64,000 bases of DNA, taken from NCBI GenBank assembly GCA_043803765.1, contig JAZDJQ010000012.1:1165-65164 (forward strand), read 5' to 3'. Position numbers and translations under genes: made by a program. Every line of letters begins with the position of its first letter. Position 1 is the first letter of the stretch. Origin of the DNA: Candidatus Iainarchaeum sp. (GTDB lineage: Archaea; Iainarchaeota; Iainarchaeia; Iainarchaeales; VGJJ01). The notes below the pieces were generated by a model. The model saw only the letters and a list, made by a program, of their open reading frames with translations, had not been told where the DNA came from and did not search any database. Positions 10,160 through 19,955 of this stretch are shown in pieces.

Positions 10160-11247
10160 ATTCGAGATTGTTTATTAATTCACGGGCGACGCTAAAACTA
10201 TGGTTCATTCCTGAAATAATGGCCATTGTACGCGGAGTCATTAAAACCTTTGTCTGGCAGATGGGTATGCATCCCATGAAACTCGTTGTCATGATTCCGG
10301 CCTACAATGAGGCAGAGACTATTGGTCAAGTCATTGATGAGATTCCTTCCAAAATCAAGGGTATTGCTCAAATCCAAGTGCTCGTCATCGATGATGGGTG
10401 TACGGATCGCACGGCAGAAATCGCAAAATCGAAAGGGGCCATTGTCCTCTCTCATCCCACCAATAAAGGATTGGCGCGCACGTTTCAAGATGGATTGAAT
10501 CATGCCGTGATCGAGATGGGGGCAAACATCATCGTGAATACGGATGCGGACATGCAGTACAATCAGAAGCAAATCCCTCTCTTAGTCCAACCTATTCTTG
10601 ACGGAAAGGCCGACATGGTATTGGGTTCCCGGTTCAAGGGGTGGATTGAGGATATGCCCATCCAAAAAAAATGGGGGAACCGCTTAGCCACAAAAGCCGT
10701 TTCCCTTGTTTCTGGCCTTTCAATCTCGGACGGACAAACCGGGTTTCGTGCTTTTTCGCGTGAAGCAGCCTTGCGTCTCAATGTTCTCTCCGCATTCACG
10801 TATACGCAAGAAACAATTCTTCAGGCTGCCCATTACAAATTGCGAATTCTGGAAATTCCCGTGGATTTTCGCAAACGGGACGGGGACTCGCGCTTGTTTT
10901 CTAGTGTATGGAGGTACGCGCGTCGGTCTATCTTGACCTTAGTCATAGGTTACCTGAACTACAAACCTCTCCGAATTTTTGTTTCCATTGGGGGAACCAT
11001 TTTTCTTTTGGGTTTTTTGTTCGGACTTTTTGTCTTGCGTCATTTCCTCCTTACTGGATTGGTTTCTCCCCACCTTCCTTCTGCCATTCTTTCAATAGGG
11101 CTTATTCTTGTGGGGGCCCTCATCATCATTCTCGGTCTTATCGCAGAGATGATCAAACAAAACCGCCTATTGCAAGAGGAAATCCTTTACCTTCAGAAAA
11201 ATGCCCGCGCGGCGATCGTTGAAAAAAAGAGAGGAAAACATGAGTAA
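10150..11247 (+). CDS. GT2-family polyprenol-phosphate sugar synthase-like glycosyltransferase with C-terminal TM helices
   Basis: KLVVMIPAYNEAETI...VLVIDDGCTDRT (GT2) plus two C-terminal TM helices, a DPM1/AglD-like topology. The real start is probably one of the ATGs at 10261-10276 (MGMHPMKLVV...). Confidence 0.7.
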   Translation: MYSHSRLFINSRATLKLWFIPEIMAIVRGVIKTFVWQMGMHPMKLVVMIPAYNEAETIGQVIDEIPSKIKGIAQIQVLVIDDGCTDRTAEIAKSKGAIVLSHPTNKGLARTFQDGLNHAVIEMGANIIVNTDADMQYNQKQIPLLVQPILDGKADMVLGSRFKGWIEDMPIQKKWGNRLATKAVSLVSGLSISDGQTGFRAFSREAALRLNVLSAFTYTQETILQAAHYKLRILEIPVDFRKRDGDSRLFSSVWRYARRSILTLVIGYLNYKPLRIFVSIGGTIFLLGFLFGLFVLRHFLLTGLVSPHLPSAILSIGLILVGALIIILGLIAEMIKQNRLLQEEILYLQKNARAAIVEKKRGKHE

Positions 11248-12175
11248 TGGATTTTGGAATGGGAAAAAAGTCCTCGTGACGGGGGCTTCGGGCTTCCTGG
11301 GGGGATGGGTCTGCAAGGCACTCATTCGAGAAGGGGCCACTGTTTTTGGTATTACCACGCAGGAAAATCCGTTAACATGGAAGTATCACGGGATTTCTGA
11401 AAAAGTACAAAAGGTCACCATGGATATTACCTCTCCAGCTGAAGTAGAGAAATTTTTCAGAGAAAATAAGCCGGATTTCTGTTTTCACTTTGCGGGAAAA
11501 TCAAATCCTGCGCAGGTTGAGGCGGATCCAGTAGAGACCATTAAAGTGAATGTGGGGGGGACGATTGCACTTGCTTTGACATGCAGCCACACCAAAGTTC
11601 CAATGCTCTTTTCTTCCACCATCAATATTTTTGGTCCACGGGACCAGATTGATGATGCTACCCCCGCGTCTCCCAATGCTTTTTATGGTAAGACCAAACT
11701 CCTCGCCGAGGACATTTTACGCATACTTGCGGAAAAAAGAATATTGGATGTGATTATTGTGCGTATTGCTAACTTGTTTGGCCCCATTAATCCAAATGAG
11801 AAGGGGCAGTATATCAATAACAATCTCATCAATCTCCTTCAAAAAAAACCGTTAGAGAAAAAACCAAACTACTTCCGTGATTTCGTATATGTTGAGGATG
11901 CCGTGCAGGGAATCTTTTCGCTTGCTCCTTTCACGGCCTCTCATTCCGGCGGATCATTCATTCTCTCATTCGGAACATCCTATTCCGGAGAGGAGATTGT
12001 GGATGGGATGCAGTCAAAAATGCAGGGAAAAAGGGTCGTATTCACTCCTGTTCAAGGAATCCGAGTTAAAGGTCAAAAGATTAGGGAATTGACCGGGTGG
12101 AGTCCTTCCCACTCGTTAGAAGATGGGTTGGACAAGACCATTGAATGGTATAAGCAAAACGGCTCATTTCGTTGA
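11201..12175 (+). CDS. NAD-dependent epimerase/dehydratase (SDR)
   Basis: GKKVLVTGASGFLGGWVCKALIREGATVFGI Rossmann motif. Probable start at MSNGFWNGKK near 11240. Confidence 0.65.
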   Translation: MPARRSLKKREENMSNGFWNGKKVLVTGASGFLGGWVCKALIREGATVFGITTQENPLTWKYHGISEKVQKVTMDITSPAEVEKFFRENKPDFCFHFAGKSNPAQVEADPVETIKVNVGGTIALALTCSHTKVPMLFSSTINIFGPRDQIDDATPASPNAFYGKTKLLAEDILRILAEKRILDVIIVRIANLFGPINPNEKGQYINNNLINLLQKKPLEKKPNYFRDFVYVEDAVQGIFSLAPFTASHSGGSFILSFGTSYSGEEIVDGMQSKMQGKRVVFTPVQGIRVKGQKIRELTGWSPSHSLEDGLDKTIEWYKQNGSFR

Positions 12176-13165
12176 ATGGTTTTCCCCTATTTTCCTAATC
12201 GTGCGCCAAAGCATGATGTTGAGTAAAATAACGATAATATATCCCCCCACTAAGTGGACAAGGGCGACACTAGCTGCAATCGTGGCATCCACCCCTATAA
12301 GTGCAAGGAGAGTGACAATGAATGACTCTCTTATTCCTACCCCATTAAAGGTGAAGGGCACAAATATGCTGATGGAGGAAAGGGCCACTATTCCTGTTAC
12401 GCTCCCCACATCCACGGAGTTCCCAAAATAGCTCAAGAGGATGATGAAGCTAATACCAACTACTAAAAATCGGACAAACGTGAGGAATAGATTTCCCGCG
12501 ATTGGAATGCCATCCTGCCTGTGAAGTATACTGGATTCAGTCCATGCACGATATCCTTTCCCCATTTTTGGGAAGTATTTTTCAAAGAGGCGGGAGAGAG
12601 ATGATTTCCACTTTCCCCCAATAAGAAGGATAAGCAATGCCACGCTAACCATGCCGGTTACTCCACTCAGGAATGTGTTCCATTCGGGGGGGAGAATTTG
12701 TCTAAAAACAAGAACCCAACCCATGACAAGGATGGCAACGAGGGTAAGGACTTTGGTCAGGAAAACCCCCGCGACGATCCTTTTGCGGTCTACCTGTATT
12801 ACTTCCGAAAATAATGCCAGAGAAAAGTCTCCTAGGCGCCCGGGCAGGAGCGACCCCACCGTCCAACTGACCAAATAGAAGGGCAGATAAGAGAAAAATG
12901 AGATAGGGCCATGGGGGATAAGCAATATCCACAATGCCAATGCATCCAACAGGATGGCGAGGCCCCCCAATCCCAAAACAATGATCCATATCTCCAAAGG
13001 CACTTGGCTCAGGAGAGCGGTTATTGATTCCAATCCAATCATAGATAGGAGAAAGAGGATGATGACAATGGATATTCCCGCCCAAATGGTTTGCTTAGAT
13101 GGCATGGTTACTCCATGAAAAGATTCGCTTATAATACCCCTAATTTTGTGTACAACCAAAGGCAC
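12164..13165 (-). CDS. Polytopic membrane protein (flippase-like / UPF0104-type TM domain often partnered with GT2 enzymes)
   Basis: 333 aa, about eight hydrophobic helices, no soluble domain. Sits between sugar-modifying genes. Confidence 0.4.
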   Translation of the reverse strand: MPLVVHKIRGIISESFHGVTMPSKQTIWAGISIVIILFLLSMIGLESITALLSQVPLEIWIIVLGLGGLAILLDALALWILLIPHGPISFFSYLPFYLVSWTVGSLLPGRLGDFSLALFSEVIQVDRKRIVAGVFLTKVLTLVAILVMGWVLVFRQILPPEWNTFLSGVTGMVSVALLILLIGGKWKSSLSRLFEKYFPKMGKGYRAWTESSILHRQDGIPIAGNLFLTFVRFLVVGISFIILLSYFGNSVDVGSVTGIVALSSISIFVPFTFNGVGIRESFIVTLLALIGVDATIAASVALVHLVGGYIIVILLNIMLWRTIRKIGENHSTK

Positions 13166-13209
13166 GGGTTGAGTAATGTACCAGAAATTTTAATCAACCT
13201 TTATAATGT

Positions 13210-14196
13210 TTGTGCAAAGTTCTTGGTGTGATCAGTATGCGCGTATTGGTAACTGGAGCAGCCGGATTTTATGGTTGGAACATGGTTCAGCGTCTCGTGA
13301 AAAAGAAGAATGTGAACAAGGTAATTGGGGTGGATAATTTTTCCCGAACATTTTTTGAGCGCGTGAAGCCTGAGATTTTAGGAGACGACAATAGCAAATT
13401 TGAGTTGCATCGAATGGATTATGGAAAAATTGATACTCACATCCTCAATAATTTTGATGTTGATGCCATTATCCATTTTGCCGCATTTGTTTCCATCGAC
13501 GAATCTATGTTGATTCCGCAAGAATATTTCCTAAACAATGAAGTGGGAACTTTTAGCTTTACGCAGGCAATTCTGAAAAGCAAAAATCACCCATCCCTTA
13601 TCATGGCTTCTTCCCCCGAAGTGTATGGGGACCCTCTCTACACGCCCATGGATGAAAATCATCCCTTACGTCCTCGCAGTACCTATGCGGCAACTAAAGT
13701 AGCGTGCGAGAAGCACTGTATGACCATGCACGAGTGGTATGGGTATCCCGTTGTAGCCATGCGTAACTTCAATACGTATGGTCCAAATCAGAATATTTGG
13801 GGGCATGGGGCTGTGTTGCCTACTTTCATTAGCCGCTCCCTCAAAAATGAGACCTTGCGCATTGAGGGAGAAGGAAAGCAGACGCGGGACTTCATGTTTA
13901 TTGAGGATGCGATTGACGCGTATGAAAGGGTCTTGGATAACATTTCTCACGTCAAGGGGGAGATTTTCAACATCGGAACAGGGGTTCAAACTTCCATTAA
14001 AGATTTAGCATCCCTTGTTCTCTCTGCCACGGGCTCACAATCAACGGTACAACACGTTCCAGGCCGGTTGGGGGACTTACGCGCGCTCGCAGCGGATACC
14101 ACTAAAATAAACAAGGCCATTGGTTGGAAACCCAAAACACCTTTTGCGGATGGGTTAAAGACGACCGTGGAATGGTATCGTAAGTATCAGGGATGA
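13210..14196 (+). CDS. NAD-dependent epimerase/dehydratase (UDP-sugar 4-epimerase/dehydratase-like SDR)
   Basis: MRVLVTGAAGFYGWNMVQRL, YAATKVACE (YxxxK). Probable start near 13237. Confidence 0.7.
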   Translation: MCKVLGVISMRVLVTGAAGFYGWNMVQRLVKKKNVNKVIGVDNFSRTFFERVKPEILGDDNSKFELHRMDYGKIDTHILNNFDVDAIIHFAAFVSIDESMLIPQEYFLNNEVGTFSFTQAILKSKNHPSLIMASSPEVYGDPLYTPMDENHPLRPRSTYAATKVACEKHCMTMHEWYGYPVVAMRNFNTYGPNQNIWGHGAVLPTFISRSLKNETLRIEGEGKQTRDFMFIEDAIDAYERVLDNISHVKGEIFNIGTGVQTSIKDLASLVLSATGSQSTVQHVPGRLGDLRALAADTTKINKAIGWKPKTPFADGLKTTVEWYRKYQG

Positions 14197-15149
14197 AAAT
14201 GAAACATGCATTAGTCACAGGAGGCTCCGGTTTCATTGGAAGACACGTGGTCAAAAAGTTATTGGAAAATGAGGACTACACTGTCACGGTCTTAGACAAT
14301 TATTCCAATTCGACTCCCCAAAACTTGGATGAGTTCCGGGGGAATCCTCGGCTGGTTAATGTTATTGAGGGGAGCGTGGAGGATGGCGAGGTAGTCAAGC
14401 GTGCATTCCAAACCCACTTTGATATTGTTTTTCATTTGGCGGCGCAGGTAAACGTTCAATACTCCATTGATCATCCTGAAAGGGATTTTTCAGCCAATGT
14501 GGTTGGAACATTTAATGTGCTTGAGGAGTGTCGAAAGCAAAATGGAATATTCGTCTTAGTCAGCACATGCATGGTCTATGACATGGCAGATTCCAACAAG
14601 CCAATCTCTGAAATCCATCCAACGAGACAAAAATCACCTTATGCGGCAAGCAAATTAGCCGCTGAAATTCTGGTTGAGAATTATTACTACGCATACGGCC
14701 TACCCGTTGTTATTCTCCGCCCCTTCAACACCTATGGGCCGTTTCAAAAAACGAATAACGAGGGGGGAGTGGTCACTATTTTTGTCAATCGTTTTATTGA
14801 AGGTAAACCCATTCTCATATTTGGGGATGGAACGCAGACGCGTGACTTGCTATTTGTTGAGGACACTGCAGACTTTATTGTGAAGGCGGGATTTGATTCC
14901 CGTGCCCATGGTAAAATTTACAACGCAGGGTTAGGGAAAGATATTTCCATCAATAATTTAGCCCTTCTGATCACAAAAAATAAGGATTTGATTCAGCATG
15001 TTGAACACCACCACCCCCAATCCGAGATTATTCGACTGTGGTGTGATAATGGCAAGGCAGAAAGGGAATTGGGATGGAAGCCTAAACACACGCTTGAACA
15101 GGGAATAGAAAAGACCTTTGCTTGGTTGCAAAACGGAAAGAAAAAATAG
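14193..15149 (+). CDS. NAD-dependent epimerase/dehydratase (SDR)
   Basis: ALVTGGSGFIGRHVVKKLL, YAASKLAAE. Start overlaps the stop of the previous gene (ATGA). Confidence 0.7.
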   Translation: MKMKHALVTGGSGFIGRHVVKKLLENEDYTVTVLDNYSNSTPQNLDEFRGNPRLVNVIEGSVEDGEVVKRAFQTHFDIVFHLAAQVNVQYSIDHPERDFSANVVGTFNVLEECRKQNGIFVLVSTCMVYDMADSNKPISEIHPTRQKSPYAASKLAAEILVENYYYAYGLPVVILRPFNTYGPFQKTNNEGGVVTIFVNRFIEGKPILIFGDGTQTRDLLFVEDTADFIVKAGFDSRAHGKIYNAGLGKDISINNLALLITKNKDLIQHVEHHHPQSEIIRLWCDNGKAERELGWKPKHTLEQGIEKTFAWLQNGKKK

Positions 15150-15150
15150 T

Positions 15151-16281
15151 TTATCGGATTTCTTTCGCAAGTTCAATAATTCGCTCTCCTATTTTTTGGG
15201 GGGTGGCCTTAGCGAGAAAAATGGAGTGGGCATTTTTTCCTATTTCGACGGCTTTTTGAGGATTTTTGGCCAACCACGCGATCTTTTCGGCCAATCCTTT
15301 ATCATCATGGGGCTCCACCATCACCACGGACTTCCCATCCGTGAGTATTTCCTGCACGCCCTCGCTACGCGCGGTGATGCTGGGTTTGGCGAGGGCCATG
15401 GCCTCGTACATCTTTGTTGGTAGAATCCGGTTGGCCTTCTCGCCCGAACCAAATATTCCCAACGCAATATCCGCCTGATTCAATAGGGATGGAACTTCGG
15501 AATAAGGCTTTTTTCCCAAGAATTTTATGTTTTGTAACCCCAATTCTTCCGCCAGTTTTCGATTGGCGGCCCCCATTTGTCCATCCCCCACGATCCATAT
15601 TTCTACCTCCCTGTTTTTTTCCAGATGTTTGGCGGCGCGCAAGATGGTTTCCACCCCCGAAATAGGCAAGAATGTCCCGATGAATATTACGATAGTCTTG
15701 GATTGCTTCTTTTTCTTTTGGATAACGAAATTTTCCGTGTTGGCGCCAATCAATACCACAGCAGTCTTTTCCGCAGGGATTCCTAACTTATGCACGAAAT
15801 AGTTCCTTTCACCCTCCGAAGCCAAAATGGTCAGATCGGAGCACTTTGCCGCGAACCGGTCCAGCCACTTGAAAAACAAAGCCCCAATAGATTTTCCCCA
15901 TATGCTTTTTCGGGCATGAACCATTGTTTCATAGCTCGAAAGCCATGCATCAAACAATATTGGCTTTGGCGTAAAAATCCGCGCAAAGGGAACCAATGGG
16001 TGTCCAAAAAACCCCGCCCATACAAAATCGTGGGGCTTCCGTGTTGCCTTTATGAATTGGGGTAATGTTTTCAGGAAACGAATAACCATATTACGATTGG
16101 TGTCTGCGCAAATGGCTAATTCAACCCCATTTGCTCGCAGTCCCCTAATGATCACGTCATGTCGGATGTAGCTCGGTTCTCTCCCTAACCAGAGAATCGC
16201 GCGCATTATTTTCCCTCTCTTACTTCTTGAGCAATTCTCCACCCATCCAGGATTGATTCTTCGATGGAGGTGTACTTCCAT
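15151..16281 (-). CDS. GT4/GT-B glycosyltransferase
   Basis: C-terminal domain ...WIVGDGQMG...LGKKPYSEVPSLLNQADIALGIF...KMYEAMALAKPSITA is a typical GT4 donor-binding domain. Probable start at MRAILWLG near 16206, giving a 4-nt overlap with the upstream gene. Confidence 0.6.
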   Translation of the reverse strand: MEVHLHRRINPGWVENCSRSKRGKIMRAILWLGREPSYIRHDVIIRGLRANGVELAICADTNRNMVIRFLKTLPQFIKATRKPHDFVWAGFFGHPLVPFARIFTPKPILFDAWLSSYETMVHARKSIWGKSIGALFFKWLDRFAAKCSDLTILASEGERNYFVHKLGIPAEKTAVVLIGANTENFVIQKKKKQSKTIVIFIGTFLPISGVETILRAAKHLEKNREVEIWIVGDGQMGAANRKLAEELGLQNIKFLGKKPYSEVPSLLNQADIALGIFGSGEKANRILPTKMYEAMALAKPSITARSEGVQEILTDGKSVVMVEPHDDKGLAEKIAWLAKNPQKAVEIGKNAHSIFLAKATPQKIGERIIELAKEIR

Positions 16282-17513
16282 TCTCCGAACCGACCGGCAA
16301 TTTTCACCTTATGTTTTTTTAGATAGTTTAAGATAATCCTTATGTTTTTTTCATAGGCAAAATCGTATACGACATATGCAAATGGCATGTGAACGGGTTG
16401 ACACGCGAGTATATCCGTTTTACTTTTGACGAATCCTATTTCAATCAGCTCCTTAATGACCTTCTCTTTTAATGCATCAAAATCGGGCTTCTTTTCAGGA
16501 TTGAAGAATGTTTCCACCCACAGAGAATAACATCCCTCGGGCGCCATGTGGGGAGAGAACCGACTCCCCACACTAATGCGCGAAAAAGTGAATTTTTTTT
16601 CTGGAAAATAAGTCCATTGCCCAGGAGGGGGTTTTCCTTTAATCCCAAAGTTAAGGCTATACTCTGAAATATTTTTCAGCTCTCCTGCGGCACTTTTTAT
16701 TTTTTTGGGAGCATCTTGGATGGCTTGGATTAATTTAGGGAGGGGCATGGTTGAGACCAAAAAATCGAAGGAAATTTTCCTCCCGCTCCTTGTTTCGAGT
16801 ATCCTTTTTTTGAGACTAATCTGACTTACTTCTTCATTATAATAGATCTTTTCCGCTTCCACCGCCATTTTTTGGGATAAGGACTCAATGCCTCCTCGCA
16901 GGGGGTAGAAGAACCTAGGATTATACCCCACCACCACGTCTTCATGGAAGAATGTTCCTCGAATGAACTCGCTCAACGATGCTTTGGGAGTATACTTCGT
17001 GGTGCCGGCTGGCACGATTTCATCCAATGGGCGCCCCCATTGTTTTTCGTTGAATGGAAAAAAGAACAGCTCGCACAATCCTTCTCCGAATTTGGCGAGC
17101 AACCAGTCCTTGTAATTTTGTTTCTTTTTTGTTTCCTTTGATAAGTGTGCTTTGATAAGTCCTTCAAAGCATTTGAGCTGTACATCTTTTGGAAAGGCAT
17201 CAACATAGACCTGGATGGGGTATTTTCCCATTTTTCCATGCGTGTAGATGTATGCCTCTCGTTGAAAATAGGTACGGTTGTCTTTCAGGAGTCCTTCAAT
17301 GTAAGACCGCACATCTTCGTTTCTCCAATGGATGAGATGGATGACGTGGTCCAAAATGAATCCATCAATGATATCTGTCTTGCATAGCCCACCCGGGCGT
17401 TCCGTTTTTTCGAGGATTACGGCATCCTTCCCCAATTTTGCCGCACAACTCATGCCAGTTAATCCGGCGCCAATCACAAGGGTGGAAACCTTTTCGCTCA
17501 TATTCAAAGGCAA
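16206..17513 (-). CDS. FAD-dependent oxidoreductase, UDP-galactopyranose mutase-like
   Basis: N-terminal dinucleotide fold LVIGAGLTGMSCAAKL...ILEKTERPGGLCKT and an internal ...FNEKQWG... (UGM-family KQWG-type motif), 435 aa. Confidence 0.55.
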   Translation of the reverse strand: MPLNMSEKVSTLVIGAGLTGMSCAAKLGKDAVILEKTERPGGLCKTDIIDGFILDHVIHLIHWRNEDVRSYIEGLLKDNRTYFQREAYIYTHGKMGKYPIQVYVDAFPKDVQLKCFEGLIKAHLSKETKKKQNYKDWLLAKFGEGLCELFFFPFNEKQWGRPLDEIVPAGTTKYTPKASLSEFIRGTFFHEDVVVGYNPRFFYPLRGGIESLSQKMAVEAEKIYYNEEVSQISLKKRILETRSGRKISFDFLVSTMPLPKLIQAIQDAPKKIKSAAGELKNISEYSLNFGIKGKPPPGQWTYFPEKKFTFSRISVGSRFSPHMAPEGCYSLWVETFFNPEKKPDFDALKEKVIKELIEIGFVKSKTDILACQPVHMPFAYVVYDFAYEKNIRIILNYLKKHKVKIAGRFGEWKYTSIEESILDGWRIAQEVREGK

Positions 17514-17642
17514 TGACTAAGGCATTAAAAGCTTAGATTAAATGGGTGTTCGAATGTTGTTTAAATACGCTTTTGGTACAATCGTGGGCGGCTTTGGCGA
17601 GAATGCCATGACATAAAAAGTATTGGACATATTTTCTCTTCC

Positions 17643-19121
17643 ATGGACCGCGTTATTTCCTTTTTCTCGCAACACTCATTAAAGTTGGGCATTCTTTGTG
17701 TGGTCGTCCTTTTCCTCTTCTTCTTCCCCCCTTTTTTTGTGTCAATTGATGAACACCAATACATTAGTAACGCCCTCCTTCTCCAGGAAAATAATCTCAA
17801 GGACGCGAACCCCCTTTTGTATTGCGGTGGCATTGTTTCAGGGGAGGATTATCTCTCTTCCTACCACATCGGAAAGTCGTTCTCCATTATTCCATTCACG
17901 TGGTTTCCCTTTCCTTTTATTATGCTATCAGGGTTACTCATTCACTTACTTAATTCATTTTTCTTCTTTCTTATTTTGGGAAAGATAAAGATCGATAGAC
18001 GGTGGACGCTGTTATTTCTGTTCTATCCGGCCTTTTTGTGGGAGAGCCGCACACTCTTTTCGGAGACATTCGCCTTGTCGTTCCTCCTCGCGGGGGCGTA
18101 TTTCTATCTCGCGAGATCTCCTTCGCGGATGGTCGTGGCGGGTTTTCTTTTCGGTCTGGCCGCGTTGGTGCGGTATGAGACGGTGTTGATTTCTCTTGGT
18201 TTCGCCCTCGCTCTTTTTTGGAATACGCGAAAGGATCGGTTTCACTGGAAGCACCGCTTCGTTTTCTTTGCGGTTGGGGGTTGTGTGGCGGGCTTATTAT
18301 TGTTGGGTTGGAATGCATGGTATTATGGAAATCCATTCTCCACACAGTTTGGTTCTCCCGCCCGTCTCTTCACGTCGTTCCCTCAGCCGTTGTTCTTGAA
18401 TAACCTCATCTCATTTGTGGGAATACTCCTCATCGCGTATCCCCTCCTTCTCGTGTCCCCTTTCCGTTCACATGTCTTGCGGCTCGAGCTCATTCTTGCT
18501 TCTGTTTTCACACTTTTCCTTTTTTCCCAAACCACCAATATTAGCGTTTATCCCTTTCTTTCTCCTCTCACAATCACGGGACGAATGCGGTATTTCATTC
18601 CGCTTTCCGGCCTCTTGCTGATTGTGTATGCGGAGTCCCTTTCTCGTTTGATTCCAGCGGTAACAAAGAAGTTAGGTTCTGCGAATTTTTCCAGAATGGG
18701 AACAGGCATTCTCCTCCTCTTCGTGGCGGGTATTCTCGCGTTGAATGTTATGCACCAAGGGTTGCTCGAGAAGCGCGCCACGGTCTCGGATCAGATTCAG
18801 GGGGCTATTCCTTCCGATGCACTGGTCATTGGATCGAGTGATGATTGTATTTATTTTCTCCCTCTCCTCTCTGGAGATCGGAAGTATGTGAAAGTGGATG
18901 ATGCGATGAAAGATATTCCGCTTCTCATTGAAATGCATGAGGGACCTGTTTTCGTGATGCGTCTGCGATATTCCAATCTTTCAGAAAGTAGTATCCGCCA
19001 GGATGTCATTGATAAGGAGCGTGAGTCCATGGATGCGTTCATTCTCGCGAACGATTCGCATTTGTCTCCGGTGTTTGATTCTAACTCTCCTCATTCATTG
19101 ACCATTTATGCGTGGAAGTAA
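17643..19121 (+). CDS. Polytopic membrane protein, candidate GT-C fold glycosyltransferase (PMT/ArnT-like)
   Basis: About 12 TM helices. An acidic DEH motif follows TM1 directly (FFVSIDEHQY), as in GT-C enzymes. Confidence 0.4.
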   Translation: MDRVISFFSQHSLKLGILCVVVLFLFFFPPFFVSIDEHQYISNALLLQENNLKDANPLLYCGGIVSGEDYLSSYHIGKSFSIIPFTWFPFPFIMLSGLLIHLLNSFFFFLILGKIKIDRRWTLLFLFYPAFLWESRTLFSETFALSFLLAGAYFYLARSPSRMVVAGFLFGLAALVRYETVLISLGFALALFWNTRKDRFHWKHRFVFFAVGGCVAGLLLLGWNAWYYGNPFSTQFGSPARLFTSFPQPLFLNNLISFVGILLIAYPLLLVSPFRSHVLRLELILASVFTLFLFSQTTNISVYPFLSPLTITGRMRYFIPLSGLLLIVYAESLSRLIPAVTKKLGSANFSRMGTGILLLFVAGILALNVMHQGLLEKRATVSDQIQGAIPSDALVIGSSDDCIYFLPLLSGDRKYVKVDDAMKDIPLLIEMHEGPVFVMRLRYSNLSESSIRQDVIDKERESMDAFILANDSHLSPVFDSNSPHSLTIYAWK

Positions 19122-19125
19122 GTGC

Positions 19126-19875
19126 TCACTTCTTCACGGCCTTCAATACCAGGATCATTCCGCTCTCTAATTGCGGGTTCATTTGTTGGTCCACCCAGAG
19201 GATGGGATATAGGATGGGAAATGCGAGCAGGAACCATAACCCAAAATGCAAAACTCCTCCGACGCGCATAACGTAGGTTGAGAGGGGGCTTCCGAAAAGG
19301 TATTGGCTCGCTTCCACGTCGAATCCGGCTTTTCCGAGCATCTTCACCAGTTTTTCTCGCGTATAGTATTGGTTCACAAAATGTTGCATGGCGTGGATTT
19401 TTTTGTATGTCTCATCAAAATGAGGATTGTCCAACGCATCCACGCTCAACACGAATACGCCTTCTTTCTTGAGGACGCGAAAACATTCCTTCAATACTTT
19501 CTGGTCATCCTTCGTGTGTTCAAGTACGCACACGGATACGACTTTATCGAATTTTCCATTGGAAAACGGAAGTTCTTCTCCCATGCCCACGAGGAATGGG
19601 ATAGTTGGATCTTGGATGGTTTGGGCGAAGGCCACTTCTCGGGGGGTGGGTTCTATTCCGGTGGGATTGCACCCCGTTGCTTTCAGGAATCCGCAATAGA
19701 ATCCTTTTCCGCTTCCCACATCAAGAATAGTTTCCCCCGCGTGGGGTTCCAAGTATTTCGTAAGCACATTGAGTTCGAATATGCGCACACAATGGAGGAA
19801 TTGGAGCTTGGCGAGTACGAGTTTTCCAAAGGGCTTGATGAACAGGGTCATACGAGAACAATTTGCCCGCACCAA
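19126..19875 (-). CDS. Class I SAM-dependent methyltransferase with C-terminal hydrophobic helix
   Basis: ILDVGSGKGFYCGFL motif I, VVSVCVLEHTKD, LKKEGVFVLSV. C-terminal TM segment. Confidence 0.6.
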   Translation of the reverse strand: MVRANCSRMTLFIKPFGKLVLAKLQFLHCVRIFELNVLTKYLEPHAGETILDVGSGKGFYCGFLKATGCNPTGIEPTPREVAFAQTIQDPTIPFLVGMGEELPFSNGKFDKVVSVCVLEHTKDDQKVLKECFRVLKKEGVFVLSVDALDNPHFDETYKKIHAMQHFVNQYYTREKLVKMLGKAGFDVEASQYLFGSPLSTYVMRVGGVLHFGLWFLLAFPILYPILWVDQQMNPQLESGMILVLKAVKK

Positions 19876-19955
19876 CTATAAATGATGCTCTTTTCGTAGT
19901 GCAAAGAACGAATGCTCCATTAAGGTTATAACGATAAATTTGGGGGGGTTTACAT

